A stretch of 64,000 nucleotides of DNA from the NCBI GenBank assembly GCA_035084275.1, contig CM068755.1, positions 10,540,001-10,604,000 of the forward strand, in the 5' to 3' direction. The position numbers were made by a program, and so were the translations under genes. This document shows positions 11,161 to 24,606 of this stretch, piece by piece. Each line of letters opens with the position of its first letter. The stretch's first letter is position 1. The DNA comes from Hydrolagus colliei (lineage: Eukaryota). Under the pieces are notes generated by a model that saw only the letters and a list, made by a program, of their open reading frames with translations, did not search any database and was not told where the DNA came from.

Positions 11161-13914
11161 TGCTGGTGGTGATTATGATAAGAATAAGAATAATACTTGC
11201 ATTGATATAGCAACTTATCACGTCATTGAGATGTCTCAAAGCTCTTCACAGGATATACTGTACTCTAGAAGACGTAAAAGCACTATATCAAATGCAAGGA
11301 TTATTATTATTTGCAAACCATTGGAACTCATGTTGAATGAAGTGCTGCTTTTATTCTTGGACCATGTGTAAAGGACTGATGGCACAAAAATGTCTTTGTA
11401 ATGGAAATGAAAACTCGTGAATGGTGAAAATCTCAAATAAAAACAGAAGTGCTGGAAATGCACACCAGACCCACAGCAAAATACTTTAATCTTGCAGATG
11501 CTGATTGATCTTCTGTGGGTTCTGGTTTTCATTCTCATCCCTTTAATGTTGTAAATGTGGTGTCACCACCAGCGTAACTGTGCTCCAAGACAATATTCTG
11601 TGTGAAAGGCGCTCCATAATTCCAAGCTGTTGTTAAAAAGAATGGATTTTGGCTCTGAGAAAACTAACTTCATAAACATGTACAGTATTCACTTTGCACT
11701 TTCGTGCCAGAGCAAAAGATGAACTTTCTCTGTGGGTTGCATGAAAGGGCTATAATAATGGGCCACTGGGCCATTACCCATTTGTAAATGACTCATTTTA
11801 ATGCTCATAACAAGAGGCTTCTTAAAGAATTCCTTCAAAGAATTTCTGCTGCTCTACCAGTTTTAGTAAGGTTCTTCCACGCATTTGTAACTCCAAACTT
11901 TCTCAGATGGGAGTACTGGCAGAAGATGCAAATTGATCTGTGTCCAGTGAAAGGCGAAAGAGCCAAAATACATTCAATTAACATTATTTAGCAAGTGGAA
12001 ACTGGTCAAAGCTGACTCCTTGCTCTTCAAAAGACTAGCTAGTACACCCCCTAGTGGATCAACTAAAATGGCACTGCAGTAATGTTTTCCTAGTTTCTCC
12101 AATATACCGTAAACATCAAATTATTTGGTAATGGTTTTAATATATTTACAGATATATATCGAGCTTGGATCTGAATAACCTTGATTGCACGATACGGTAT
12201 TTAAATAATGTTTCCTTTGACTCACTTTCTTGGGAGATATGAATAATAATAATAATAAGATAATAGTCCTTGCATTTGATGTAGCGCTTTCACGTTTTCT
12301 AGACGTCTCAAAGCACTTCGCAGAATATATAAAGTTGGGGCTGACTTTGTTCTGGCACAAATTGTTCCTTCATTATGATCATTAAACTTCTAGATTTTTA
12401 TTGACCAGATATAAAATGAGATTTCTTTCAGCAATTTTATTTGCCATGAATACTTTATTTTATTTTTTTAAAGTTCAATCCTAAAATCTAAAGTTTGTCA
12501 TAATGCTGGGATCCATTGGTATTCATTTTTTTAAACTAAATTGAGAAAAGACTTGTTAACAATCACAGAACATTCCCGATTTAGCATTCTTGGAATGAAC
12601 AGAAAATCACTCGATTGCTACCAGCTCCACAGATGAAGTTTTTGTTTGTTGACTTCCAACCAATAAATCTTTCTATCCTCCCTTCAGCTGCTCCCCCATC
12701 ACCCCCATCTCCCTGAATTGACATTGAGAAATGTTTTTAGTTATCTTGTTTTTGCACCTTTCTGAGGAGGGAACCTTGCCCGATCCTCTCTATTTTCTTC
12801 TCATCTAAAGACCTTCCTCTTTGATTGCACCTTCAGCCACTTTCCCTTATCCCGACCATCTCCCTCCCAACTCAAAGAGGAGCATGTGATATTGGTCAGA
12901 ATGGTGATCTAGCCACTTGAACTATGTTGATAGAACAGTGTACAGAAATTTATCCCAAAACCAATACATCTTGTCATGACATAGACAAAAAGTTGAGGGC
13001 CAAAAATGCATCTATACTCCAGTGTGGGCAACTCTTGCCTTGATATGCACCGATATTTCCCTTTTGCTTTTGCTTTAGGGAGAAAAAAAAGTCTGCTTCA
13101 GTCAGAGTAGGTTTTGTCAGTCATTGGTTGAACCAATGCTCAACCAGGTGTTTCATATCACACTTGGGGAGAACACGTCTGCTTTGAACAATATGGCTTG
13201 TATTTCCAGCCAGCCAATACTTGGGTGGTATTGGCATTAACCTTGGAAAAGTCACAGCCTAGTCTTGGCTGGAATCTGCAGGCTCAGAAAGGACGTGTGC
13301 TGATGGGGCTTGAGGACATCTTCGGGGGAAATGAAGAAAAAATATCAAATGATTCAGCTTTGTTCATCGTTTTCATTGCTAGTTACTTAGAGAGAGATGG
13401 CAAGGAAACAAGCCATTTGGCCCAATTAATCCATACTGGTGTTTTTACTCCACGCAAGCCTGCTACTCCTCCTATTTCCCTCACCTACTTCCCACTATTC
13501 CCATCTCACTTGAGTCTTCTGATGCTTTTTACTTCAAGTACACCTTGTGCCATCTAAACAAGGGGAGTGATGGATGCCAGGAATGAGATAAAGCACATTG
13601 TGTATTACTGTACTTTGTAAAAGCAGCTTTCTTCTTAACACATTAATTGATGTGCGAGTCTCTCTTCTGGACAGTGTATAAAGTGATGTTTCTATTATTG
13701 GATAATGTAACACAGCTGTTTCCCAGATTTGCTGGCCAGTATCTTCAAGCAGAGCCATTCGTAAATCGGGCGTTAATTGCAGGGTTGACCTCTAATGAGC
13801 TGAGATGGAGGGAAACAACATAGCGTGTTATATGGTGCACATCTGCCATGTATGGTATTTGGAAAAGTTGACGCCCCTCCCTCTCTCTTTCTTTTTCTCT
13901 ATCTTTCTGGACAG

Positions 13915-14055
13915 TATGGGGATGAGCCACGATGATGACCATCCATCCTGCAAAGAGGGCTTCCATATCATGTCTGGTGAATGGGTCAAGGGAAGGAATC
14001 CTAGTGATCTGTCCTGGTCTACCTGCAGCCACGATGACCTGGAGAATTTCCTGAG
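13915..14055 (+). CDS. ADAMTS17: ADAMTS17 exon (about exon 9): (N)[46 protein letters not shown](R)
   Basis: Long pyrimidine tract then acag acceptor, gtaaag donor, 141 nt; third zinc His and Met-turn. Confidence 0.96.
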
Positions 14056-14379
14056 GTAAAGCTTGGACCTTCTTGTATACAGTTGTTAAACTTTTTGTTT
14101 TTACAGCCTAACGTGTTTTGCGGAATAGGTCAATGTTACAACTGACTGGGAGTCACTCGCTAAACTGGTTGTTTTATTCACTCCATTGCAATAGTAAACA
14201 TGACGGGCAATATTCCCACGCACAGCTCAGAAACTGAAATCCAGGCAGTATACTGCATCTAAGCTTTGGAACAATCGCTCCTACATTTCTCAATACAAAT
14301 TTGGCCCTCTAAACTAAAATGTAGTTACAATGGACTGAAGCTTTGAACTTGCCTGCTCACCAACATTCCCCAAACTCGG

Positions 14380-14610
14380 GCAACAACAACAAAATCATAT
14401 TTGTATAGCACCTTTCATGTTCAAAGGATGTTTCAAGGTGCTGGACAGTCAATGCTTCAGTCCCGAACTGGGATTGGGGAAGGTGGAGGGACTGGAGGGG
14501 ATTTGCGGTGACCAATGGGACCGTTAAAGAAGAGGGTCTTGAGGCGGGATGAAGGAGGCCAGGAAGTGGGGGGAGTTCCAGAGATTAGGGGCAGAGTGAC
14601 TGAAGGCTTG
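14380..14610 (-). mobile_element. L2-clade LINE 3' fragment
   Basis: (CAA)n tail end; antisense translation AFSHSAPNLWNS typical of L2 ORF2 C-terminus. Confidence 0.8.
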
Positions 14611-15463
14611 TATCATCAAGGTGAACTCAGCAGTTGCGCTGAACGTCATTTGTGTTTGAATGGTACTGCTCAACCCCAGTTGCTGGATAAACACAGCCCA
14701 ACACATTGCGGAAGTGGGCAGGGAAAGTGTTGTTGCCACATTAGCATGATGAAGAATTGGGGGAAGGCCAAACTCACTGATTACTATTGGCAGTGTCAGA
14801 AACATTGGATTTGATACATTATCCAGCCCAGTTTCAGGAAAGAACAGTCCATTCTTATCGACCAGATTTGCCCCTTAAGGCCTCTGAATGAAAATAAAAT
14901 TAAATAGGCAGCAAAATGTTGTAATTGAATCATCAATTTGCAATAGAGATTGATTCAACCCCTGGTGAAGACCCCATATTAAAATGGAATTCACCATTTC
15001 TTAGACCTCTCCATGAAAGGCCAGTGAATTTACCTACAATCGGGCAATGTCCTTTTGCCTTACTGAGATGCAAGGAGGCCACTTACGTACAAATTGAAAC
15101 GGTGCCTTTTTGAGACGCTTATTGACTCTGTTGATGGAAACATTTGTAAATGGTTTATTTATTGTTGTCAGCATTGAGTGATAAACTACATATATGCTCA
15201 GCTTGTGATGAGCAGAATCGTTCTCATCATGCTTATGCGTGGTGACTGTTTAAGATTAGAAAATTGGAATGCCATGGCTTTGAGTCCATTATTCCTTCAA
15301 TATTAAAAATGAACAGTGGCTGAAGCTGCTGCTCTGTAACACGAGATGAATTGTCAGCGGCCAGATTTCCAAAGTTATTTTTCCATGGTGATCCTACGAT
15401 CAGGACTAAGAGATTGCACTTGACATTTCAACATAGGTGATGTGGACCAAAGAACCATCATTA

Positions 15464-15940
15464 ACAATAACAACAACAAAATTACACTTGTGAGGATTTC
15501 CCAAGGCACTGGACAGTCAATGTTTCAGACCTGCGCTGGGGTCAGGATCGGGGAAGGTGGAGGGGATTTGGGGTGACCGATGGGACCATCAAAGAGGAGG
15601 GTCTTGAGGTGGGATGTGAAGGAGGCTAAGTAGGAGGCATGGCGACAGGGCTGTGGGATGGAGTTCCAGAGGTTAGGGGTAGAGTGGCTGAAGGCTCACC
15701 TGCCAATGGGGGGTAGATGGGTCGGGGACATGGAGCAGGCCGGAGCCCGCTGAGCGGAGGGGGAGGCAGAATGGCAGGGGTCGGGCGAGAATGGGGGGGA
15801 CGGGGTCGTGGAGCTTGGAGCAGTAGAGGACATGCGCCACAGAGTTCTGGATTATCTGAAGCCTATGGAAGGAGGAATAGAGAAGGCCAACAAGCAGGGT
15901 GTTGGCATAGTTGAACCTGGATGTGATGAAGGCATAAATG
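15464..15940 (-). mobile_element. L2-clade LINE 3' fragment
   Basis: Homologous to the 14380 and 60147 copies; antisense IYAFITSRFNYANTLLVGL resembles L2 IHAFVTSRLDYCN. Confidence 0.82.
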
Positions 15941-16744
15941 AAAGTAATTAACTATTGTACTACATTCTGACAACGGACAAACAAGCAAGTGTAACAAAGT
16001 AAGGCTGAACAGTTCCTGAATTCTGCAGTAGATGGACAGCCATGTTTTGATAGTTTGTATCAATGCACAAGACTGCAGGATTACATTAGTGTTGACAGAT
16101 TTGCTATTATTTCCCGACTACAATTTTGAAGTGATTTCAAAAGCTATGAGGTTTTATTTTCCCTCCAACCACTTTAATAAACTAATGATTCCACTTTCAA
16201 ACCAGTCTGAGAGGTTGGCATTTACCTACAATGGACAATTAGAAGGCTGGTAAAGTGAAGATTCATTTGCATGGGCAATTTACAATCGGCTTTAGTTAAT
16301 TTCAGAAGCAACTGAATATTTAAATGGGAAAAGTGTCTCGCAGTCAAGTAATCTCAAATACATTGAAATATTTTATTATCAATGGAAGGCCATTTATCCC
16401 TCATGTTTTATTATTGAAATGACTTCATTTTGAGAAATTTTAAACATCCTCTAAACACGGGTGAATATTGTACACTGCTACATATTAAGAGCATTGTTGA
16501 GAACTGCTGATCTATTTTGAATGTCTATATTTATATTATATATATATATGAAAATATGTACATGATCTTCTGTATTAACTTGCACAGTCTCCACATAAAG
16601 CCTCTCTGCCTGTTCTTCTCTCTAAGTGCTTTGTGTCTGTACCTAAATTGACTTCATCTTCTCTCACCTCCACCACCCGAGGCTTTGGAGAATTGGTGCC
16701 GATGCAGACTCACTCACGTCCAAGTGACACGCAGACACACACTC

Positions 16745-16900
16745 AAGAAAATTGGCATTTGCGAAGGCTCACAGAATGATTGGGAGATCAGTGAGTTTGG
16801 TTGAAAACTGGCTCAGCAATAGGAAATCATTTCCTTCTGGGTGGTCAGTGATTAGTGTAGCTTTACGGGATTTGTTCTCCGTCCTCTGCTGTTCATAAAT
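16745..16900 (+). mobile_element. CR1-type reverse transcriptase remnant
   Basis: WVENWLSNRK followed by degenerate CCTCTGCTGTTC (PLLF). Confidence 0.55.
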
Positions 16901-17387
16901 TCTGAGATTCTGAGGCGCGTCTTTCCTGTCCTGCTGTTATAACATAGGAAAAACCTTTTGGCTTCATGTTTTGCATCTGCTGCCTTGTCCCTTTCCAGTT
17001 CTCTCTTGGCTCTTGCAATCCTTTTTTTTTATTTTACCTGCTTCCGTATTGTCTTTTATTCAGCCTCTTTGTTCTACCCCACAGGTTTTGTCACACCTGC
17101 GGTGCATCGCATGACATTGCACAGGTTCAATTTGAAACCTCTAATGTAGGCCATAAAGTGCGGTGTGCGTAGGCTTGCGGTTGGGATACCGGTTCTTTGA
17201 TTTATAGGAACATCGACCGGACTGCAGACAAGTCATACGAATGCTCAGCTCAAAATGTTCAAGTTAATTATTTTTCTCGTTCATGTTTATAGGCTGCATA
17301 GTATTTTTTTTATTGTTGCAGAATGCTTTTGTTATGATGTACACCATGTGTTTGGAGTGTTATTAAGAGCTGTTTTGTCATCAACAG

Positions 17388-17538
17388 AGCAAAGATCAGT
17401 GCCTGTCTACTGGAAACTGATCCCAGGAGTCACCATGCAATGCAGCTGCCACCCAAACTGCCAGGCATGCACTACAGTGCTGATGAACAATGCCAGATTC
17501 TTTTTGGGACCAATGCTACTTTCTGTAAAGATATGAAG
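17388..17538 (+). CDS. ADAMTS17: ADAMTS17 exon (about exon 10): [50 protein letters not shown]
   Basis: tcaacag acceptor, gtaatt donor, 151 nt; LPGxxYSADEQC start of the disintegrin-like domain. Confidence 0.95.
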
Positions 17539-17711
17539 GTAATTCCAAGCTGTCGTTCTGCCTATCTATAGGAACAAAAGCTTGATTGTTTTGACCTGTA
17601 GGTGTGTCTGTATTAATGGAACCCAGGGGGTGTCCAATTATACGTAGTGTTTATTTGGCTTTTGTTCGAGTTTCTCATGGATTTAATTTGTGCTTCAAAG
17701 ACAGGTTCCGA

Positions 17712-17990
17712 ACTCCACAAGGCTCTGTTTACTGAGCAGTAAGTAGGAACCTGGTTGTTAGTCAATTGGAGGATCACGTTTCCGGGGGCTCATAATTCCG
17801 ACAAAAATAAAATAAGAATAATTTGGTTACTTCAGTCCATGGCTGTTTGTGGGTCACAGCTGTGAGCATTTAGCTGCCCTGTTTTGCCACAAAACATACA
17901 GTCAATTCACATTACAGTATATTCTGTGAAGCACTGTAAGAAGTGTTGAAGACATGATAAGGTGCTGTATCAAATGCAAGGATTATAATT
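17712..17990 (+). mobile_element. Same SINE family, 5'-truncated long variant
   Basis: Aligns by eye to the 51357 copy from ACTCCACA through the TGCAAGGATTAT tail. Confidence 0.8.
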
Positions 17991-20349
17991 GTTATAAAAA
18001 CATACCATTGTTAATAACATATCAAACAACTAGCCATTTCGCCCAAGTAACAAAAATAGGAAAACATGCATCAAGATGTAGTTTTCACATTGTTTCAAAT
18101 ATAAGGTGGAAGTATCTTTATACAACTATGGAATCACAGTGGGTTAATTGCAGGAGGAGGGAAATACAGTAACAGACGTTTGTGTGCTATAAAAAGATCA
18201 AATGATTGTAATCTCTTAAATTCTGAGAAATAATCCACAGAAAGCATGTCAGGGAGGCAAGTGATCGACTGGTAATCATTTGGGAAAGTGAGTACAACAA
18301 CAACAAAATTACATTTATAGAGTGCCCTTCACGTCGGTAGGACATCCCAAGGTACTGAAAGTAGAGTAGTAGACGAGATGTATTGGGAAGGAGAGTGTAG
18401 AGAGGAGGTGAGTTGAAGAGTTAAGTGATGGTTGATAGAAGTGGAGAAGACAAGTGAGAGGCAGGTGAGCGAGAGTGGCTGGTGAGAGGCCTCCGAAACA
18501 CAGTTTTAAAATGCTACCATTTAGTTATGTGCAGGAAACACAACGGTAAGAATTTGTCCATTTTAATGTCTGCTCGGGGAACTTCACTCACATAAATCAA
18601 AAACATGAATACATGTGCTATAACATCTCTACAAAGCAAACACCATCCAAGCCATTAAGTTTCAACAAGATAAAGACTGAAAACATATGTGCAATAGTGG
18701 CAAGGGGAAAAAAAAAAGTCCCATAAAATAAAGTCTTTGTTCTTGTCTGACTTGCTAGAAGTCCTGACCTAATTCATGTAGAGCTTTTTCTGCAAACACA
18801 TGGAGCTGATTAGAAAACATGGGGGGAAAAAAATATAGAGCAAATGGAACTCGTCCAGGATATCCACTAAGAGTATCTGAGGTTCTTTAAACAATTGTAA
18901 TAGTGATCAGTGAACTCATTTCCTGGACATCATCCTGGACACTCAGAGAATAGCTGGAATTGTTGTTGTTTGATCTCCATGAGGTTTGGACACTCTGTGC
19001 AGTGAAACGTTTCTATAAGTTCAGGATCAGTTTTCAATTATCTACTGAACACAACTTACCTACTCGATCACTTTGGATAGATGTTATGTGGTGTGTAGGT
19101 GACTTAAACCCATTTATCACATGCTTTTGCTACTTGGTTCAGACCTACCATGATACATTTGATGCATTGATTTGTGAAAGTTGATTTTGCTCCGGCTCAA
19201 AGGAGTCATGGGAGACATTAACCTTTCCATTAATCTCTCCGTTGTCTTTCATTTCAATTTGTTCATACTGCGATATGTTGGAGTTGGAGACAATCATGGG
19301 AAAATAGTACTCTGCCACAATATTTAATGATTTTGTTACAAACTGTTCTTTTTCATTGATGGATCCGATGCCCAGTTTCACTCCTTGAGTTAAGTGTGAT
19401 TCCTATGAGATATGGTTATAAAACTAAGTATAAAACCCATCAGGCAGTTAGGATTTCTCAGGTGATGATCACTGCTCAGTAATATATGCCAATTTGCATT
19501 ATAACAGTCATTCATATCTGAAAGGATGCAGTTGTTTTTGTCGTTGCCCTATATTTTCTCAGTGGGACAGTCATTGACTGTAGGTAAAATATTTGCTGAC
19601 CTACTGCCAGATCTCTGATAATCCGATCCAGCTAATTTCCTTCCTATTATCTCACACCATAGCAATATGTCTGAGGCTTGGGTGAAACTGAGCTCCCAAA
19701 CTGTGACAACACTGTACTTCAATGGGATGAGTCGCCTTTAAAAGAATACAATTAGTTTGCAAGGCCATAAGGAACAGCTCAGCTTTAGACGTACTGTGTG
19801 TTTACTGGAGAATTGGGTTCCAGTTTATTTTTCATATTTTGTATGTTTACTAAATACAAAGAGCCTAACAGACTCTCCTTGGAATTAGTGTCTACAGTAC
19901 AATGCTCCAGCCAATGCATGAGCCAACAATACTTTGGCCACAGCTGCTGTTTCTAGCCAATGTGATTCTTGTATTACTGTATTATGTTTCAATTTCCTTT
20001 TTTTAAATGGTCGCATAATCTTAGACCTTTTAGCATAGGTTTTCACTGTGACATTTTGAAAGTTGATCGATTGGTTATTTGAGGTTGCTGTTAACACTTG
20101 CAGTTTCCTACACAACAACAACAGAATTATATTGAGAGCGGCTTTCACATCAGGACGACGTCCCAAGGCATGTTTCAGACTTAATAATAATAATTATTAT
20201 TTTGGCCTTGACCAGACTTTTGGAGAGTCACAGAACATAGGAACCTACTGCCCGTAGGCAAAAGCAGTCAAAATAATACTAAGCTACAAGGCTGCTTTGC
20301 ACTACAAAGCGAGTTGCAGACTTTTCACTGACCTACGCTAAGGAACAGT

Positions 20350-20595
20350 GTGGAGTCCTGTAGCTCAGTGGTTAGAACACTGGCCTTACAAGCGTGAGAC
20401 CTGTGCTCGAATCCAAGCAGCTCAGGGCGAAACCTTGGGCAAGTTTCCTTACTCCACATGCCTAGTAATAATCCGTTCAATTGGCTGCTGCTTTTCGCCT
20501 ACAAATATACACTTCACTTTATAGTATATTCTGGGAAGCACTTTGAGGCATCTAGAAGACGTGAAAAATGCTATATCAAATGCAAGGATTATTAT
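20350..20595 (+). mobile_element. Same SINE family, internally deleted
   Basis: GTGGAGTCCTGTAGCTCAGTGGTTAG head, GGGCAAGTTTCCTTACTCCAC, ATT-repeat tail. Confidence 0.88.
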
Positions 20596-22239
20596 GATAT
20601 CTAGGTCTTCAGTATACTTTTTATTTGATTACATGGAATAAGTGTTGTCACCTGGAGAGAATACCAGATGACTTTGCAAAAATCTGCAAAGTCATCTGAA
20701 AGCCTTATCTACAAGTACACAGCTTTGCTTGTACGGACAGTGCACGCAATGTGTATTTCCTATCCAATTGATTTATTATCCACTTTTAATGCCTCATTTA
20801 ATAAAGCCTTTGTACTGATTCAAGTACCCTGATACAACAACCTTTTGAAGAGCCCAGTGGCCATCTCTTTAATGGTTTCTGGTATTTAAGTAGAGGTCAG
20901 CACTTCAATCCAATTATCAATAACTTTGATTAGATCTCTCGCTTCAGTGCTAGAGAATTTCATCACTTTGTATATAAATCTCAAACTTCTTTGCACTGAT
21001 CCCAGTGGAAGTGAAAGTACCTGGAGCACATTCTATTGATGGGGACAATGCACTATTCGGATGTGTTAGCATCTCAGTGAACTCTCCTGTTATTCAAACT
21101 GACCCTGCAAGAGGTTCAGGTACACTTGCTGTGCCTTTTCATGCATTTCTCTGTTGTTATTCCTGCCTCTTCTGTTAACTAATCCGATAATGAATAACAA
21201 TAATAATAATAATCCTTGCATTTGATATAGCACCTTATCACATCTTCCCATTGAAAGCACTTCGTGGAATATACTGTAAAATGACTGTGTTTGGTGGGCG
21301 AATTTTATATACACATCTCAAGTTTCACACATGCACAACTTAGCTTTGCAGGAAGTTTTCCTTCCGTAGTGCTTGCACATCTGCAAGCTGCTCACAGCCA
21401 TCGCCCACGTTCCTGAGAACAGGGTATACTTCAGGAACACAGAACTACTTCTTCAAAGGTACAATAGAGGTTCGGTGCTGGTTATCGTTCACCTTTATTG
21501 GTTTGCCCTGCGCAAGGACAGATGGGTGAGGGGTGAGGAAGCAAGCATTGAAGTACCGCGTTTTCGTGGTTTCTTCAGTGCAATGAAGAAAACTCCCAAT
21601 TTCAAATTGTTTCAATCGGTTTCATTTTTTTGGGTGAGTTTCAAACCCCCAAACTGGAAAGTCTAAGCATGATAATCATTAAAGAGCACTGTAAGGCACG
21701 GACTGCTGACAGTTTTATGACACTGAATGGATACGTACAACGTTACCAGAACTGGTCCTACTTAACAATTTTTGCCATCTGTGAAACCATTTCCTCAGGC
21801 AATCTGGCAGGTTTGTGGAAGTCTGTGTACCTCCTGAAGACATAAAGTGGTTTAAAAGCATTTACCTTTGAGATTGACATTCTGGTTCCAGCTAGAACTA
21901 TTTAGGAAACCTTTTGAAGAATATTATAGTCGCGCCTGATACGAAGGCAATTCTGATTCCAAAAGAAAAATGCTTCTAATATTTAGTTGACTGTTATAAC
22001 TTACTTTCTTTTAATTTAGGGGAGGGGAGTGGGGGAATTGTTATTCCACAGATTTCCACCAACTTGCACCATTTGTATCTCCGTCAGTTTGATAGACAGG
22101 GCAAGTGTGGGCGAATGTTTAACCGAATCATTTTATAGACCTAGCTAACATTGAATATGTTTGCCATTTTATGTAAATTACAACCTCTCATGCTTGTAAT
22201 AATATACACCTACATGAGGTGAATATGCATATAACTAAC

Positions 22240-22745
22240 AGCAACTTGCATTTCTACAGCGCAACTTTGCATGAGTCCCTCACATCTCAAAGTCCCTCAC
22301 AGTGGCGAACTAACACTCCAAGCAAGGGAGGAGACCATAGGTCCAGATGAATAAGTAGATTTTTAGATGGGATTTAGAAATAGAAAATGAGGGCTAGAGG
22401 CAGGGAGTTCCAGAGATTAGTGAGTTAGCCACTGATTGTGAAGTTCCACAGAGTTATGGTTAGCGTTCTCACCTCGTAAAAAAAACCCAACACAATTTGG
22501 TCACTCAATCCACATCAGTTCCAGGGGTAGGAGTAGAAAGGCTGAAGGCTTGACCTCTGATGGTGGGGGTGGGCAAGGTGGGGGAACATGGGTCAGGCCA
22601 GTGCCCACTGAGCAGAGGGAGCGGGCAGGTTGGTGAGGTTTTGGTGGATCACAGAGATCGGGAGGAGCTAGAGAGTGACTCATCAACAACAACAAAATAA
22701 TTACACTTGTATAGCACCTTTCATGTTAGGAGAACATCCCACGAC
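22240..22745 (-). mobile_element. Cluster of L2 3' fragments
   Basis: Two tail ends (AACAGCAACTTGCATTT; AACAACAACAAAAT..CACTTGTATAGCACC) and GAGTTCCAG..GGCTGAAGGC segments. Confidence 0.65.
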
Positions 22746-24220
22746 TCAGAGGCCAAGAATGGTACCAACTGAGTTAGTATTGAAGGGAATGAAATGGGGG
22801 TAGTTAGGAACATTGGAAGCCGAGCAGTATCTTTGTTTTTCTTTGTTGCTGGCAGCAAACGTTTTCTCGCTTCCCGCACAACACACAAGGAGTACTTTCA
22901 TCAAGTGGAGAGGGAAACCTCAATGGCACCAACACCATTAATGGAATAGAACTGAGTTTGTAACATCAAACAATTTACTGAGTGAAATAAAATAGTTATT
23001 AACAACAGGACATGTTTCTTTTCCAGTCATTTCAGTGACTTGTGTAGAGATTTTTGCGATGCTCTGGTTAGATCCGTACGGGATGATTGCTGTGCTACTT
23101 AGGACCGACTGTACTGTATATGAAAGCTTCCAGTTTGACAACAGCTAAAATAAAAGGTTTGTTTTTATAGTGCATCAGGCAAAGGCACTTAAAAAAAACA
23201 TAAATGGTCTCTCTGAACTCCGATGTGTAGACTCCAGTTAAACAACCAATTAATGTTAAAAGCTGTGAGTTTGGTCAGAACAATCATTTGACAAACTCAT
23301 GTATCCTAAAAGGAAAATGCGTCCTCTTCAGTAAAAACCTTCAGCAGCAGTCTCTGACCCTTGCAGCAGGGAATTGGAATTTAGAACACGTTCAATATTA
23401 ACCCTCCAGAAACTTACTAGCCTGCAGAAGGAGCTCCTTTCCCTCCTCTCGCCAATACTGCAGATATTTGCGTCCTTGTGTTTCTATTTCAGAGGCCCGT
23501 AATTCCTTCCAGCCTTAGTCCTGTCTCCAAAATTGTAAGTTAAGTCAGTGTTGTGGAATGTGTATGAATTCAGTCTTAATTTGGACGCTGGTTAATTTTA
23601 AGATCTGTTGAAAAATTTCCACTTGGGTGACCATTAGATTGGATTAGAGTTTTTAAGGAACCACTGCAAACAGAGTCCAATTCAATTCACATCCACTCTG
23701 TACTGCACCAAATTGAATTGAATTACTTCTGAAGCCACTTTTTTCCTTCAGGCCAAAAGAATCATCTGGTATCATTGGACTTTCTCAACCCCCATTTCCA
23801 CCGCTCATTTCCTCGAATTACGCAGTATCAATACCAAACCATGTATTAATTTTTCAACGTGGTATCTCTATATTTGTTGGTTTAACTGGGTTGTTGAGTG
23901 GTAGTATATTCAAAGGGATCAATAACAGTGTATTTAATTTCATTGTGGTGCAACACAATGCTAGTGTGGTGGGGTTGGATCAGTGAATCATGATCTGTGT
24001 TTAATTTTTTTATGAAGTGCTGAGAAGACTCACTGCCCTCTTTAATAATAACATATGTCCTTTCCCCATGTGTCTCCTTAGCACTATGTTTGTTTCAGGG
24101 AGAGAAGATAGTTCAGGCAAAAGACTTCTGTACAACCATTGTCAAAGATGTGGCATGAATTGAGATGTAATAACAAGGCAAATCTGTCCCTTCAGTTATA
24201 CCTCCGCTCAGTATTCTGCT

Positions 24221-24606
24221 CGCAGCCTGACTTAGTTGACAGCAGTTTTACCTCTGAGCCAGAAGATTGTGGATTCAAGCCCCAACGTCACGATTTGGGA
24301 TTCCTATGCAGTGCTCTTTGTTGGCTGGGTTGCATTGTTGCAGGTGTTATCCTTCCAATCAGTCTGCTTGTTAAAGATCCCACAGTGCTAGTTGAAAAGA
24401 GAAGGCAGTTTCTTCAAGTGTCCTGGCTCACAATCCCTCTGAAAAATATTGATCATTCACTTCATGGCTGTTTGGGGGGACACTATTGTGCACAAAATTG
24501 GCTGCCGGATTCATCTGCAAGGATACAGAGTCACACGGTTTTGCAGTAAATCCTGCATTCCCGGTGTGAAAGGTGAAATATCAACTGCACGGATTATTAG
24601 TTTTAT
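24221..24606 (+). mobile_element. Older Deu-domain tRNA SINE (SacSINE1/AmnSINE-like), full length
   Basis: GCAGCC..CTTAGTT..CCTCTGAGCCAGAAG.TTGTGGATTCAAGCCC head; AAAGATCCCACAGTGCTAGTTGAAAAGAG..GTGTCCTGG Deu-like core; AAATTGGCTGCC and ATT tail. Confidence 0.78.

Noticed and set aside
15700-15815. G-quadruplex or CpG-island promoter
   Set aside because: G-richness is explained by the antisense L2 fragment
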